In this document: in pieces, positions 11,791 through 21,069 of the stretch
Position numbering within the stretch: the first letter of the stretch is position 1
How the letters are laid out: the number at the start of each line of letters is the position of its first letter
Source: an uncultured Chloroflexia bacterium
GTDB lineage: Bacteria; Chloroflexota; Limnocylindria; Limnocylindrales; CSP1-4
Direction: 5' to 3'
Assembly (NCBI GenBank): GCA_963716375.1
Contig: OY970306.1
Coordinates: 1,378,676 to 1,442,675, forward strand
DNA: 64,000 bases
Translations under genes and position numbers: made by a program
The notes under the pieces: model-generated
What the model was told of the DNA's origin: nothing
Seen by the model: the letters and a program-made list of their open reading frames with translations, nothing else
Database searches by the model: none

Positions 11791-13641
11791 GTGACTCCCG
11801 CTCTCGAGACGACCCTCAAGAACCTGCCCGACCGGCCCGGCGTGTACCTCATGAAGGACAGTCGCGGCGTCGTCCTCTACGTCGGCAAGGCCCAGAGCCT
11901 GCGGAATCGGGTCCGCAGCTACTGGCAGAAGCAGAGCGGCCCATCGGAGGGCCATCGCATCCGGGCCGTCGTCGACCGGATCGCCGACGTCGAATACACC
12001 ATGACCGACTCGGTCTCCGAGGCCCTGCTCCTCGAGATCAACCTCATCAAGCGCTTCAAGCCGCGCTTCAACGTCCGCCTGAAGGACGACAAGAGCTACC
12101 CCTACATCAAGATCACACTCGCCGACGACTTCCCGCGAGTCGAGCGGACCCGCAAGCTCGTCAACGACGGCAGCCGCTACTTCGGGCCGTACGCGTCGGC
12201 AAGCTCGGTCGACGAATCGATGAACCTGATCCGGCGGCTCTTCCCGTTCCGGACCTGCACGATCGAGATCCGCGACGGCGAGCGCGCCCTCCAGCGGCCC
12301 TGCCTGCTCTACCACATCAAGCGCTGCCAGGGCCCGTGCATCCAGGCCATCACCGAGGCGGCCTATCGCGCGGACATCGTCCAGATCGAGGCATTCCTCG
12401 AAGGCCGCCAGGAGAGCGTCGTCCGGGCGCTCCAGGGCGAGATGCAGGCCGCCTCGGATGCCCTCGAGTTCGAGCGGGCCGCGGTCCTGCGCGACAAGGT
12501 CCGGGCCATCGAGCGGACGATGGAATCGCAGAAGATGGCGGCCTTCGCGCGGACGGAGCTCGACCTCGTCGGCCTGGCCCGGCGCGACAACCAGGCTGCC
12601 GTCCAGCTGTTCGCGGTCCGCAACGGCAAGCTGATCGGCCGCGACGTCTTCCTGCTCGACGCCGTCCGCGAGGCTCCCGACGAGGAGGTCCTGACGAGCT
12701 TCCTCGAGCTGTATTACGACCGGGCCACCTCGGTACCCACGGACGTGTACGTCCCGGCGGCCCTGTCCGAGGCCGGCGATCTCGAAACCTTCCTGGCGGC
12801 CCGCCGCGGTGGCCCCGTGCACGTCAAGGTGCCGCGTCGCGGCGAGAAGCGCGAGCTGATGGATCTCGCCCAGCGCAACGCGACCGAGACGCTGGCTCGC
12901 GAGCACGCCCGCTGGCTGGCGGACCAGGGCCGGACGCTCGAGGCGCTCGAGGAGCTGGCCGAGGCCCTCGGCCTGCCCGATGCTCCGACCCGGATCGAGT
13001 GCTACGACATCAGCAACTTCCAGGGCAGCGAATCGGTCGGCAGCATGGTCGTCTTCGAGGACGGCAAGCCGCGCAGCGGCGAGTACCGGCGCTTCCGGAT
13101 CCGAACCGTCCAGGGGCCCAACGATTTCGCGAGCCACCAGGAGGTTCTGCGCCGGCGGTTCCACCGCGCCCGGACGGGAGAGGAGGGGGTCGAGGAGGAG
13201 CTGCGCTGGCGGCTGCCCGACCTCGTCATCATCGACGGCGGCAAGGGCCAGGTGAGCGCCGCCAAGGAAGTCCTGGACGAGCTCGGCCTCCATGACCTGC
13301 CGCTGGCCGGCCTCGCCAAGGAGCGCGAGGAGCTGTTCCTGCCGGGACGGAGCGAGCCGATCCTCCTCCCGCCAACCTCACCGGCGCTCTACCTCGTCCA
13401 GCGCCTGCGCGACGAGGCCCACCGCTTTGCGATCACCTACCACCGCGACCTGCGGGCGAAGAAGTCCGTCACCTCGGCGTTCGACGACCTGCCCGGCGTC
13501 GGTCCGAAGCGGCGGCGCGCCCTGCTCCGGGTCTTCGGTTCCGTGAAGCGCGTCCGGGAGGCTCCGGTCGAGCAGATCGCGGCCGTGCCGGGGATCGGAC
13601 CCTCACTGGCGGCGCGAATCAAGACGGCTCTCAACGCCTGA
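11791..13641 (+). CDS. uvrC: excinuclease ABC subunit C
   Basis: GIY-YIG N-terminus (GVYLMKDSRGVVLYVGKAQSLRNRV), UVR motif (LEFERAAVLRDKV) and a C-terminal (HhH)2 (LPGVGPKRRRALL, VPGIGPSLA). GTG 11791 lies 6 nt after TACAAT. The ORF-track extension upstream is Arg/Pro junk. Confidence 0.9.
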   Translation: MTPALETTLKNLPDRPGVYLMKDSRGVVLYVGKAQSLRNRVRSYWQKQSGPSEGHRIRAVVDRIADVEYTMTDSVSEALLLEINLIKRFKPRFNVRLKDDKSYPYIKITLADDFPRVERTRKLVNDGSRYFGPYASASSVDESMNLIRRLFPFRTCTIEIRDGERALQRPCLLYHIKRCQGPCIQAITEAAYRADIVQIEAFLEGRQESVVRALQGEMQAASDALEFERAAVLRDKVRAIERTMESQKMAAFARTELDLVGLARRDNQAAVQLFAVRNGKLIGRDVFLLDAVREAPDEEVLTSFLELYYDRATSVPTDVYVPAALSEAGDLETFLAARRGGPVHVKVPRRGEKRELMDLAQRNATETLAREHARWLADQGRTLEALEELAEALGLPDAPTRIECYDISNFQGSESVGSMVVFEDGKPRSGEYRRFRIRTVQGPNDFASHQEVLRRRFHRARTGEEGVEEELRWRLPDLVIIDGGKGQVSAAKEVLDELGLHDLPLAGLAKEREELFLPGRSEPILLPPTSPALYLVQRLRDEAHRFAITYHRDLRAKKSVTSAFDDLPGVGPKRRRALLRVFGSVKRVREAPVEQIAAVPGIGPSLAARIKTALNA

Positions 13642-13671
13642 ACCGCGCGCCAACGCCATTGGCGCCAGTAC

Positions 13672-13680
13672 TGCTAACAT
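13672..13680 (+). promoter_or_regulatory. extended -10 TGCTAACAT upstream of secD
   Basis: TGnTAnnnT form, 11 nt before ATG 13692. Confidence 0.45.
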
Positions 13681-13691
13681 CCCACCTCGAT

Positions 13692-15110
13692 ATGCGACGA
13701 GCCACCCCCTACCTCATTGTCATCATCGGCATCCTCGCGCTGATCATCAACTTCTGGCCTGGCCTGAAGCTGCCTGCGATCGGCGATCCGAACAACGCCA
13801 GCCGCGTTGTGGAAACCAAGCTCGGGCTGGATCTGCAGGGCGGATTCCGGGTCGAGTACCAGGCGCTGCCACAGACCGTCTGCGACGCGCAGGGCCAGAA
13901 CTGCGTGACCAAGACCCCGACCGCGGGTGACCTGGCCACGATCCGCGACATCGTCGAACGCCGCGTCAATTCCACCGGCGTCTCCGAGCCGATCGTCCAG
14001 ACACAGGGCGATGACCGGATCATCGTGGAGCTGCCGGGCGTCAGCGACGCCGACTCCATTCGCAAGCTCGTCGGCCAGACCGGCCGCCTCGACTTCATCC
14101 CGCTGCCGGTTGCCGACTACGGCACCGCGACCAACCCGGGCCCCAAGCAGGCCGTCCAGGGCCAGCCGCTGCCGACGCCGGAGCCGCCGCTGTTCAGTGG
14201 CGACCAGATCGACAGCGCCACCGCCACGACCGACCAGGCCGGCGCCCGGGCCGTCGGCTTCACGCTCAAGAGCACGGGCGCGAAGCTCTTCTCGGACTAC
14301 ACCTCGGCCAACGTCGATCATTTCTTCGCGATCGTCCTCGACGGCACGGTCATCTCGGCGCCGCGGATCCAGAGCCCGATCACGGGCGGCCAGGGGATCA
14401 TCACCGGCGGCACCGGCGGGTTCACCGCCACGGAGATGAACAACCTCGTCACGGTCCTGCGCTACGGCTCGCTGCCGTTCCCGGTCCAGGAGATCAGCAA
14501 TCAGCAGGTCAGCGCGACGCTCGGGGCGCAGTTCCTGCACCAGAGCCTGCTCGCGGCCGGCATCGGGATCCTGCTGGTCTTCGTCTTCATGCTGATCTAC
14601 TACCGGCTGCCGGGTCTCGTCGCCAACGCGGCGCTGATCTACTACGCGCTGGTGGTCCTCGCGCTCTTCCGGTTCATCCCGGTCACGCTGACCCTGGCCG
14701 GCATCGCGGGCTTCGTGCTCTCGGTGGGCATGGCGGTCGACGCCAACATCCTGATCTTCGAGCGATCCAAGGAAGAACTGCGCCTTGGCAAGAGCCTGCC
14801 GGCGGCGATCGAAGCCGGGTTCGCCCGGGCCTGGAACTCGATCCTGGACTCGAACGTGTCGAGCCTGATCACGGCCGGCATCCTGTTCTGGTTCGGGTCA
14901 TCGACGATCAAGGGCTTTGCCCTGGTGCTGATCATCGGCGTCCTCGTCTCGATGTTCACCGCCATCACGGTCACCCGGACGGTCCTGCGATACGTCGTTC
15001 GCCAGGAGTGGGCACGCCAGGCGCGGTACTACGGGGTCACCGAGGAGGAGTTCCTCTCCCGGCCGGTCGGTCGAACGGCGGCGCGGGCTGAGGCGCGAAC
15101 TCGTGTTTGA
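13692..15110 (+). CDS. secD: protein translocase subunit SecD
   Basis: N-terminal TM, large periplasmic domain, then a C-terminal TM bundle with GMAVDANILIFERSKEE. Start set to ATG 13692 because the TGCTAACAT -10-like element (13672-13680) lies inside the TTG-13659 extension. Confidence 0.9.
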   Translation: MRRATPYLIVIIGILALIINFWPGLKLPAIGDPNNASRVVETKLGLDLQGGFRVEYQALPQTVCDAQGQNCVTKTPTAGDLATIRDIVERRVNSTGVSEPIVQTQGDDRIIVELPGVSDADSIRKLVGQTGRLDFIPLPVADYGTATNPGPKQAVQGQPLPTPEPPLFSGDQIDSATATTDQAGARAVGFTLKSTGAKLFSDYTSANVDHFFAIVLDGTVISAPRIQSPITGGQGIITGGTGGFTATEMNNLVTVLRYGSLPFPVQEISNQQVSATLGAQFLHQSLLAAGIGILLVFVFMLIYYRLPGLVANAALIYYALVVLALFRFIPVTLTLAGIAGFVLSVGMAVDANILIFERSKEELRLGKSLPAAIEAGFARAWNSILDSNVSSLITAGILFWFGSSTIKGFALVLIIGVLVSMFTAITVTRTVLRYVVRQEWARQARYYGVTEEEFLSRPVGRTAARAEARTRV

Positions 15111-16374
15111 CGTCATTGGCAAGCGCCGATGGTTCTTCCTCTTCTCGGCCATCATCACGATCCCAGGGCTGATCTTCATCATCCTGACTCCGTTGACGAA
15201 CGGGGCGGTGGGATTGAAGTTCTCGATCGATTACACCGGCGGTACTCGCTGGGTGATCAGCTTCGAGGATCCGAACGTCACGGCGGCCCAGGTCGACGCC
15301 GTCCTGGCCGCAAACGGCCAGCCCGACGCCGTCGTGGTCAAGAACAAGGACGGCTACTTCGACATCCGGATGAAGCCGATCGGCCTCGAATCGCCACCGC
15401 CGAGCCCGACTCCTCTGCCGACGATCGCTCCATCGGGTTCGCCCGGCGCATCCGGGGCCTCCGGGTCGCCGGCGGCGTCCGGAACGCCCGTTCCGTCGGG
15501 CTCGCCCGCTCCGTCCGGTAGTCCGGCCGCCTCCGGGGCTGCGACGGCGGCTCCGTCGGGCGCCGTCCTGATCTCCCCGAATCCATCGGTGCTCGCGTCG
15601 CTCGTGGCTTCGGCCTCGGCGCAGGCGTCAGCCAACGCCTCGGCCGGGATCACGCCGTCTCCGTCGCCCCAGCCGACCGTCGCGCCAGTCCCGAGCGGCC
15701 CGAACCTGCCGACCAGCGGCACGATGGGCGACCTCACGAAGGCGCTCGAGGCGGAGCTCGGTCCGATCGCGGACCAGGCCGTGCTGACGACCGTCGGCCC
15801 GATCGTCTCGGCCGACCTGATCGCGCAGGCCGTGACCCTGATCCTGGTCGGCTCGCTCGGGATCCTGCTCTGGATCACCTTCCGGTTCCGCGACTACAAG
15901 TTCGGCGGATCGGCGCTCGCGGCGCTCCTCCACGACGTCCTCGTCGTCATCGGCGCCTTCGCGATCCTCGGCACCCTGTTCGGCACGGAGATCGACGCGC
16001 TGTTCGTGACGGCGATGCTGACGATCATCGGCTTCAGCGTGCACGACACGATCGTCGTCTTCGACCGCGTCCGCGAGAACAAGGCCCGCCATGCCGGCGA
16101 GCCGTTTGCGGTGATCGTCAACCACTCGATCCTGCAGACCTTCGGCCGATCGATCAATACGAGCTTCACCGTGGTGCTCGTGCTGCTGACCCTGCTGCTC
16201 TTCGGCGGCTCGGCCACCCAGACGTTCATCCTGGCGCTGCTCATCGGCATCATCTCGGGGACGTACTCGTCGATCTTCAACGCCTCGCCGATCCTCGTGG
16301 TCTGGACGCAGTGGGAAGACCGGCGCCGGGCTCGCGCCCTGCCAACCCGTGCCACGAGGCGCGCGTCGAACTGA
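15103..16374 (+). CDS. secF: protein translocase subunit SecF with a ~110-aa Pro/Ser/Ala-rich periplasmic insert
   Basis: GTG 15103 overlaps the secD stop by 8 nt. The C-terminal TM bundle carries GFSVHDTIVVFDRVREN. The insert spans about nt 15382-15720. Confidence 0.9.
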   Translation: MFDVIGKRRWFFLFSAIITIPGLIFIILTPLTNGAVGLKFSIDYTGGTRWVISFEDPNVTAAQVDAVLAANGQPDAVVVKNKDGYFDIRMKPIGLESPPPSPTPLPTIAPSGSPGASGASGSPAASGTPVPSGSPAPSGSPAASGAATAAPSGAVLISPNPSVLASLVASASAQASANASAGITPSPSPQPTVAPVPSGPNLPTSGTMGDLTKALEAELGPIADQAVLTTVGPIVSADLIAQAVTLILVGSLGILLWITFRFRDYKFGGSALAALLHDVLVVIGAFAILGTLFGTEIDALFVTAMLTIIGFSVHDTIVVFDRVRENKARHAGEPFAVIVNHSILQTFGRSINTSFTVVLVLLTLLLFGGSATQTFILALLIGIISGTYSSIFNASPILVVWTQWEDRRRARALPTRATRRASN

Positions 16375-16486
16375 CCCGGGCCGTGTTGCGGCCTGCGATC
16401 CGCCGCCGGGGGGTGCGCCGGATCGAACCGAGCATGTTGCGGAGCAGTGCAGCCCCCGTGAAGTCCGATCTGTCATCCTGAAGCCG

Positions 16487-18313
16487 ATGGTCGAACCTCG
16501 TTTTCGCTGGCTGTTTCCGCCGGATGCCGAGATCGATCCATCCCTGCTGGCGGCCGGCCGGGCACTCGGCATGAGTGACCGCGTCCTCGGGCTCCTGCAG
16601 CGCCGCGGCGTGGACGAGGCGGAGCTCGCCACCTTCGGTGGTCCTGCCGCGGCCGGCCTGTGCGATCCGGCGTTGCTGCCGGATGCGGCCATCTTCCTCG
16701 ACCGCATCGCGCTGGCGCGGAGCCGGGGCGAACGCCTCATGGTCTTCGGCGACTTCGACGCGGACGGCCTCACCGGCCTGGCGATCCTGTGCCGGGTCTT
16801 CGGCCGCCTCGGCGTGGCGGTGCAGCCGTACGTTCCGAGCCGGCTGGACGAGGGCCACGGGCTGTCGATCGCGGCGCTGGACGCGGCGCTGGCCGGCGGC
16901 GTCACGCTGATCGTGACCGTGGATTGCGGCACGAGCAGCTTCGACGAGATCGCCGAGGCGGGCCGGCGCGGGATCGACGTCATCGTGACGGACCACCACC
17001 GCATTCCGCCGGAGCTGCCGCCGGCTTTGGCCGTGGTCAACCCGCAGCGGGCGGACAGCCGCTATCCCCATCGGCGCCTGGCAGGCAGTGGCGTGGCCTT
17101 CAAGCTCGGGCAGCTGCTGCTCGCCGATGAGCCGGGCGGACCGGAGGCGGCGCTGGACCTCGCCGACCTCGCCACGATCGGGACCGTCGCCGATGTGGCG
17201 CCGGTCCTCGGGGAGAATCGATCCATCGCGCGCCTCGGGCTGGAGCGCATCCGCCGCGGACCCCGACCGGGCCTCGCGGCCATGCTGCGGCGAGCGTCGA
17301 TCGATCCGGCCACGGCCGATCTCGAGACGGTCTCCTTCGCGATCGCGCCGCGGATCAACGCCGCGGGTCGGATGGGGGAGGCGCTCGACGCCGCCCGGCT
17401 GCTGCTCACGGACGATCCGGCCGAGGCCGACGAGCTGGCCGCGCGGCTCGACGAGGCGAACGTCGCCCGCCGGGCCCTGACGAAAGAGACGATCGGCGAT
17501 GCCGAGGCGGCCATCGACGCGGCCGCGGCCGCGGCGGAATTGGCCGAGGTCGAGGCGGGCCCGGCGATCCTCGTCCACGGCCCGTGGCCGGTGGGCATCG
17601 TCGGCCTCGTGGCGGGCCGACTGGCCGAGCGTCGCGGCCGGCCGGCGGTCGTCGGCGCCGATCTCGGTGACGTGATCCGCGCCTCGTGCCGGAGTGCCGG
17701 CGGCTTCGACCTGGGGGCGGCCCTGGAGCGGTGCGGCGACCTCTTCGTCCGCTACGGCGGCCACCAGGCCGCGGCCGGGTTCGAGATCGAGGTCGCGCGC
17801 TGGCCCGAGTTCGTGGAACGGTTCCAGGCACTTGCCGCGGCCGCGGTGCCGCCGGACGCCCAGCCGGAGCTCTCGCTGGACCTGGCCATGGCGGCTCTCG
17901 ATGTCGACTACCGGCTCCTCGGCGAGCTCGCGAACATGGAGCCGACGGGTCCCGGGAACCCGCAGCCGCTCGTCGCCGTCCTCGGCCTGACCGTGACGCG
18001 TGTCCGGCCCGCCACCGGTGGCCATACCCAGCTGACTCTGCGACGGAGGATCGATGTCCTCGACGCCATCGCGTTCGGCCGATCGGATCTCGCCGAGACC
18101 GTCCACGAGGGCGACCGCGTGGATGTCGTGGCGCGCGTGGTGAGCCGGCGCTTCGGCGGCTACGAGTCGATCCAGCTCGAGATCCGCGACGTCGCCACGT
18201 CGGGCCGCCACGCGGAGTCGCGGGCGATCCTCGGCGGACCCGCGCGAGGGGTCGACACGGCCGACGCGGCCGGCGCCGCCGCGGCCGCATCGCTCGCGGG
18301 TGTCATCCCGTGA
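16487..18313 (+). CDS. recJ: single-stranded-DNA-specific exonuclease RecJ
   Basis: DHH-family motifs FGDFDADGLTG, VTVDCGTS and VIVTDHH, plus DHHA1 GGHQAAAGF. ATG 16487 is the first plausible start. Confidence 0.9.
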   Translation: MVEPRFRWLFPPDAEIDPSLLAAGRALGMSDRVLGLLQRRGVDEAELATFGGPAAAGLCDPALLPDAAIFLDRIALARSRGERLMVFGDFDADGLTGLAILCRVFGRLGVAVQPYVPSRLDEGHGLSIAALDAALAGGVTLIVTVDCGTSSFDEIAEAGRRGIDVIVTDHHRIPPELPPALAVVNPQRADSRYPHRRLAGSGVAFKLGQLLLADEPGGPEAALDLADLATIGTVADVAPVLGENRSIARLGLERIRRGPRPGLAAMLRRASIDPATADLETVSFAIAPRINAAGRMGEALDAARLLLTDDPAEADELAARLDEANVARRALTKETIGDAEAAIDAAAAAAELAEVEAGPAILVHGPWPVGIVGLVAGRLAERRGRPAVVGADLGDVIRASCRSAGGFDLGAALERCGDLFVRYGGHQAAAGFEIEVARWPEFVERFQALAAAAVPPDAQPELSLDLAMAALDVDYRLLGELANMEPTGPGNPQPLVAVLGLTVTRVRPATGGHTQLTLRRRIDVLDAIAFGRSDLAETVHEGDRVDVVARVVSRRFGGYESIQLEIRDVATSGRHAESRAILGGPARGVDTADAAGAAAAASLAGVIP

Positions 18314-19635
18314 CCCGCCGCGTGAGTTCGGCCCGCCCGGCCCGCACCGCCGCAGGCGACGGGTCCAGCCTCCGACCGGCCGGGACGCTTGTCGCTCCGG
18401 CCATCTCGATCATCGGCCTGATCGTCATCGGCCTGTTCACGCTCGGCCTCTTCACCGGCCGCCTGCCGATCATCGGCAGCTCGGGCGGCGGAGGCGGAGG
18501 AGGCGGCGGCGGTGGGGGTGGCGGCGGCAACCAGGGCGGCAACCAGGGCGGGGACCCGAATCGAACGCCCACGCCATCCAACGTCGTCATCGTCGATCCG
18601 CGGACGGACGTGCCGGGCTCGATCCTCTACGCCAAGGACGGCAACCTGTGGCTCCAGAGCGGCACGACGGCCCGCCAGATCACCGACACCGGTCGGGATT
18701 CGATGCCGTCGTGGTCGGCAGACGGCAAATGGATCTACTTCATCGAGACCGTCCCCGGCGAGGGCCTCTTCCCGAACCAGGGGACGCCGCGCCACTACAC
18801 CTTGACCTATCCCGTGCTGACCCGGGTCCATCCGGATGGGACGAATCGCCAGGCGCTGACGGACGGCCTGTACAAGGCGGGTCCGCGCAACAGCTACCAG
18901 TGGTTCTACTGGCTGCGCCAGCCGGCGCTCTCGCCCGACGGCCATACGATCGCGCTGCTCTCGGATGGGCCGGACCCGACCCGCAGCGACGTGGTGCTGC
19001 AGTTCTACGACCTGCTCACCAAGAAGATGACGAAAGCGCTGGTCCCCGAAGAGCCACCGCTCGGCCACCAGGATGTCGCCTGGCGCCCGGACGGCAAGCA
19101 GCTGCTCTACGTCGCCAACGGTCGAGATGGCTCGCGGGGTGCGCCGTCCATCTGGACCTACGATCCGGCCACGAAGAAGGCCAAGGCCCTGACAGGCCCC
19201 GGCTACACGAACCCGTCGTTCTCGCCGGACGGCAAGTACATCGTGGCGACCAGGACGGGCACGTTCGGGACGGACGTGGTCATCCTCAACGCGAAGAACG
19301 GCGCCGAGCTCCTGCGGCTGACCACCGACGGCCAGTCGTGGGCCCCGACATGGTCGCCCAAGGGCGACTCCATCGCCTATCTCCACATCGAGTACCAGAT
19401 CGTCGACCTGCGGATGGTGCCGCTGACCGGCAAGGCCCCGAACTGGACGGCCGGCGACGTGCTCGACCTGACCCAGTACTCGGGCCTCGATGGATCGTCA
19501 CGGCCGGACTGGTTCATCCCGGCCGACCAGCTGCCGGCACCGACGCCCGCGCCGACCGACACGCCGGCAGCGAGCGGGGCCTCGGGCGCCGGGACGGGAG
19601 CCTCGGCCAAGCCGCGCGCGACGGCGTCGCCGTGA
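18310..19635 (+). CDS. membrane-anchored TolB-like beta-propeller (PD40/WD40-like repeats) protein with a poly-Gly linker
   Basis: GTG 18310 overlaps the recJ stop (GTGA). One TM helix (LVAPAISIIGLIVIGLFTLGLF) is followed by a 14-Gly run. Repeated PD40-like motifs follow: PSWSADGKWIYF, PALSPDGHTIAL, VAWRPDGKQLLY, PSFSPDGKYIVA, PTWSPKGDSIAY. Confidence 0.8.
   Translation: MTRRVSSARPARTAAGDGSSLRPAGTLVAPAISIIGLIVIGLFTLGLFTGRLPIIGSSGGGGGGGGGGGGGGGNQGGNQGGDPNRTPTPSNVVIVDPRTDVPGSILYAKDGNLWLQSGTTARQITDTGRDSMPSWSADGKWIYFIETVPGEGLFPNQGTPRHYTLTYPVLTRVHPDGTNRQALTDGLYKAGPRNSYQWFYWLRQPALSPDGHTIALLSDGPDPTRSDVVLQFYDLLTKKMTKALVPEEPPLGHQDVAWRPDGKQLLYVANGRDGSRGAPSIWTYDPATKKAKALTGPGYTNPSFSPDGKYIVATRTGTFGTDVVILNAKNGAELLRLTTDGQSWAPTWSPKGDSIAYLHIEYQIVDLRMVPLTGKAPNWTAGDVLDLTQYSGLDGSSRPDWFIPADQLPAPTPAPTDTPAASGASGAGTGASAKPRATASP
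18478..18545 (+). repeat. GGC/GGA/GGT codon run (14 Gly) plus a duplicated AACCAGGGCGGC within the TolB-like gene
   Basis: Translation reads SSGGGGGGGGGGGGGGNQGGNQGG. Confidence 0.8.
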
Positions 19636-20528
19636 CGGACGGCCATCTCGGCCGCCTCGCCGCCCGGTCCGCGGCCACGGGAACCGTCCTGTGCCTGGGA
19701 CTCGACCCGGATCCGGATGGGCTCCCGCCCGGCTTCACTCGGGATCTGCGCGGCGTCGAGGCCTTCGTGAAGCTCATCATCGAGACGGCCGGGCCCCACG
19801 TGGCGGCGGTGAAACCGAATCTCGCCTTCTACGAAGCGTTCGGCTCGGCAGGCCTGGCGGTCCTCGAACGGATCCGCGACAGCCTGCCGGCCGATCTGCC
19901 CGTGGTCATCGATGCCAAGCGCGGCGACATCGGCACAACCGCGGCGCGCCAGGCCGAGGCGATCGTCGGACGGCTGCGGGCCGACGCCGTGACGCTCAGC
20001 CCCTACCTCGGGATCGACGCGATCCGGCCGTTCCTCGAGCGTGGGGCGTTCTGCTACGTGCTCTGCCGGACCTCCAATGCCAGCGCGGCCCAGCTCCAGG
20101 GCCAGGTGATGGCCGCCGACCCGGGCACCGGTTGGCCGTCCGAGCCCGTCTACCTGCGGGTCGCGCGCGAGGCGACCACCTGGGCAGGCCCCGATCGCAT
20201 CGGCCTCGTCGTCGGGGCCACGGCGCCGGCCGAGCTCCGCGAGATCCGATCGGTGGTGTCAGAGACAGCCTTTCTCGTGCCGGGGATCGGCGCCCAGGGC
20301 GGCGACATCGATGCGGTGCTCGCCGCGGGGCCCGTGACGGCCGGGCCCGCCGCCGAGTGGCCCGGCCGGGGCCTGCTGGTGAACGTGGGCCGGGCGATCA
20401 CGGCTCCCGGGCCGGGTTCCCCGGACGCGTCGGCGGCCGGTGGCGGACCCGCTGATCCGGGGGACATTGGGGAGCAAATCCTTCACGCCACCCGCTTCTG
20501 GGCCGCCAGATTGCCTGTGCTATCGTAG
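19632..20528 (+). CDS. pyrF: orotidine 5'-phosphate decarboxylase (type 2)
   Basis: Motifs VKPNLAFYEAFG, VIDAKRGDIGTTA and LVPGIGAQGG. GTG 19632 overlaps the upstream stop (GTGA). Confidence 0.85.
   Translation: MTDGHLGRLAARSAATGTVLCLGLDPDPDGLPPGFTRDLRGVEAFVKLIIETAGPHVAAVKPNLAFYEAFGSAGLAVLERIRDSLPADLPVVIDAKRGDIGTTAARQAEAIVGRLRADAVTLSPYLGIDAIRPFLERGAFCYVLCRTSNASAAQLQGQVMAADPGTGWPSEPVYLRVAREATTWAGPDRIGLVVGATAPAELREIRSVVSETAFLVPGIGAQGGDIDAVLAAGPVTAGPAAEWPGRGLLVNVGRAITAPGPGSPDASAAGGGPADPGDIGEQILHATRFWAARLPVLS
20518..20526 (+). promoter_or_regulatory. extended -10 TGCTATCGT upstream of tatA
   Basis: It overlaps the pyrF stop. The tatA ATG is 73 nt downstream and has an RBS. Confidence 0.4.
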
Positions 20529-20598
20529 GCCCGGCGCGGGGGGATCTCGTGCACCGGACACCGCCGACGACCACCCCCCTGAGTCAGGAGCACTCGCG

Positions 20599-21048
20599 AT
20601 GCCAACACCTGGACCACTCGAGCTGGTCATCATCCTGGTGATCGCTCTGATCATTCTCGGCCCCGGCAAGCTGCCGGACGTGGGGGCCTCGCTCGGCAAG
20701 AGCATCCGCGAATTCCGGAAGGCCTCGTCCGATATCCAGGACTCCGTGACGGTCAGCGTGGACACGTCGCCACTGCCGGCCCAGCCGGCCGCCGCAGCGC
20801 CGGTCGCCGCCGCACCGGTGGCCGCAGCTCCCGTCGCCGTTGCCCCCGTCATGGCGGCCGCGCCCGTGATGGAAGCAGCTCCCGCCCCGGTGGCCCCGGT
20901 CGTGGCGGCCGCGCCCGTGATGGAAGCAGCTCCGGCCCCCGTCGTGGCGACCGTGCCCGTGGCAGACGCCGCACCCGCGCCCGTGATGGAAGCTGCTCCG
21001 GCCGTACCCGCTGCCCCGGCCGAGCCCCCGGTCGAAGCGCACCAGTAG
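20599..21048 (+). CDS. tatA: twin-arginine translocase subunit TatA/E with an Ala/Pro/Val-rich repetitive tail
   Basis: MPTPGPLELVIILVIALIILGPGKLPDVGASLGKSIREFRKA gives the TM helix plus amphipathic helix. AGGAG RBS at 20586-20590, 8 nt before the ATG. Confidence 0.9.
   Translation: MPTPGPLELVIILVIALIILGPGKLPDVGASLGKSIREFRKASSDIQDSVTVSVDTSPLPAQPAAAAPVAAAPVAAAPVAVAPVMAAAPVMEAAPAPVAPVVAAAPVMEAAPAPVVATVPVADAAPAPVMEAAPAVPAAPAEPPVEAHQ
20848..20995 (+). repeat. 51-bp (17-codon) tandem repeat in the tatA tail, two good copies plus a partial third
   Basis: GTC(A/G)TGGCGGCCGCGCCCGTGATGGAAGCAGCTCC occurs at 20848 and 20899, and CCCGTGATGGAAGCTGCTCC recurs at ~20980. Confidence 0.75.
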
Positions 21049-21069
21049 CCTTCGCCCGCCGAATCGATC

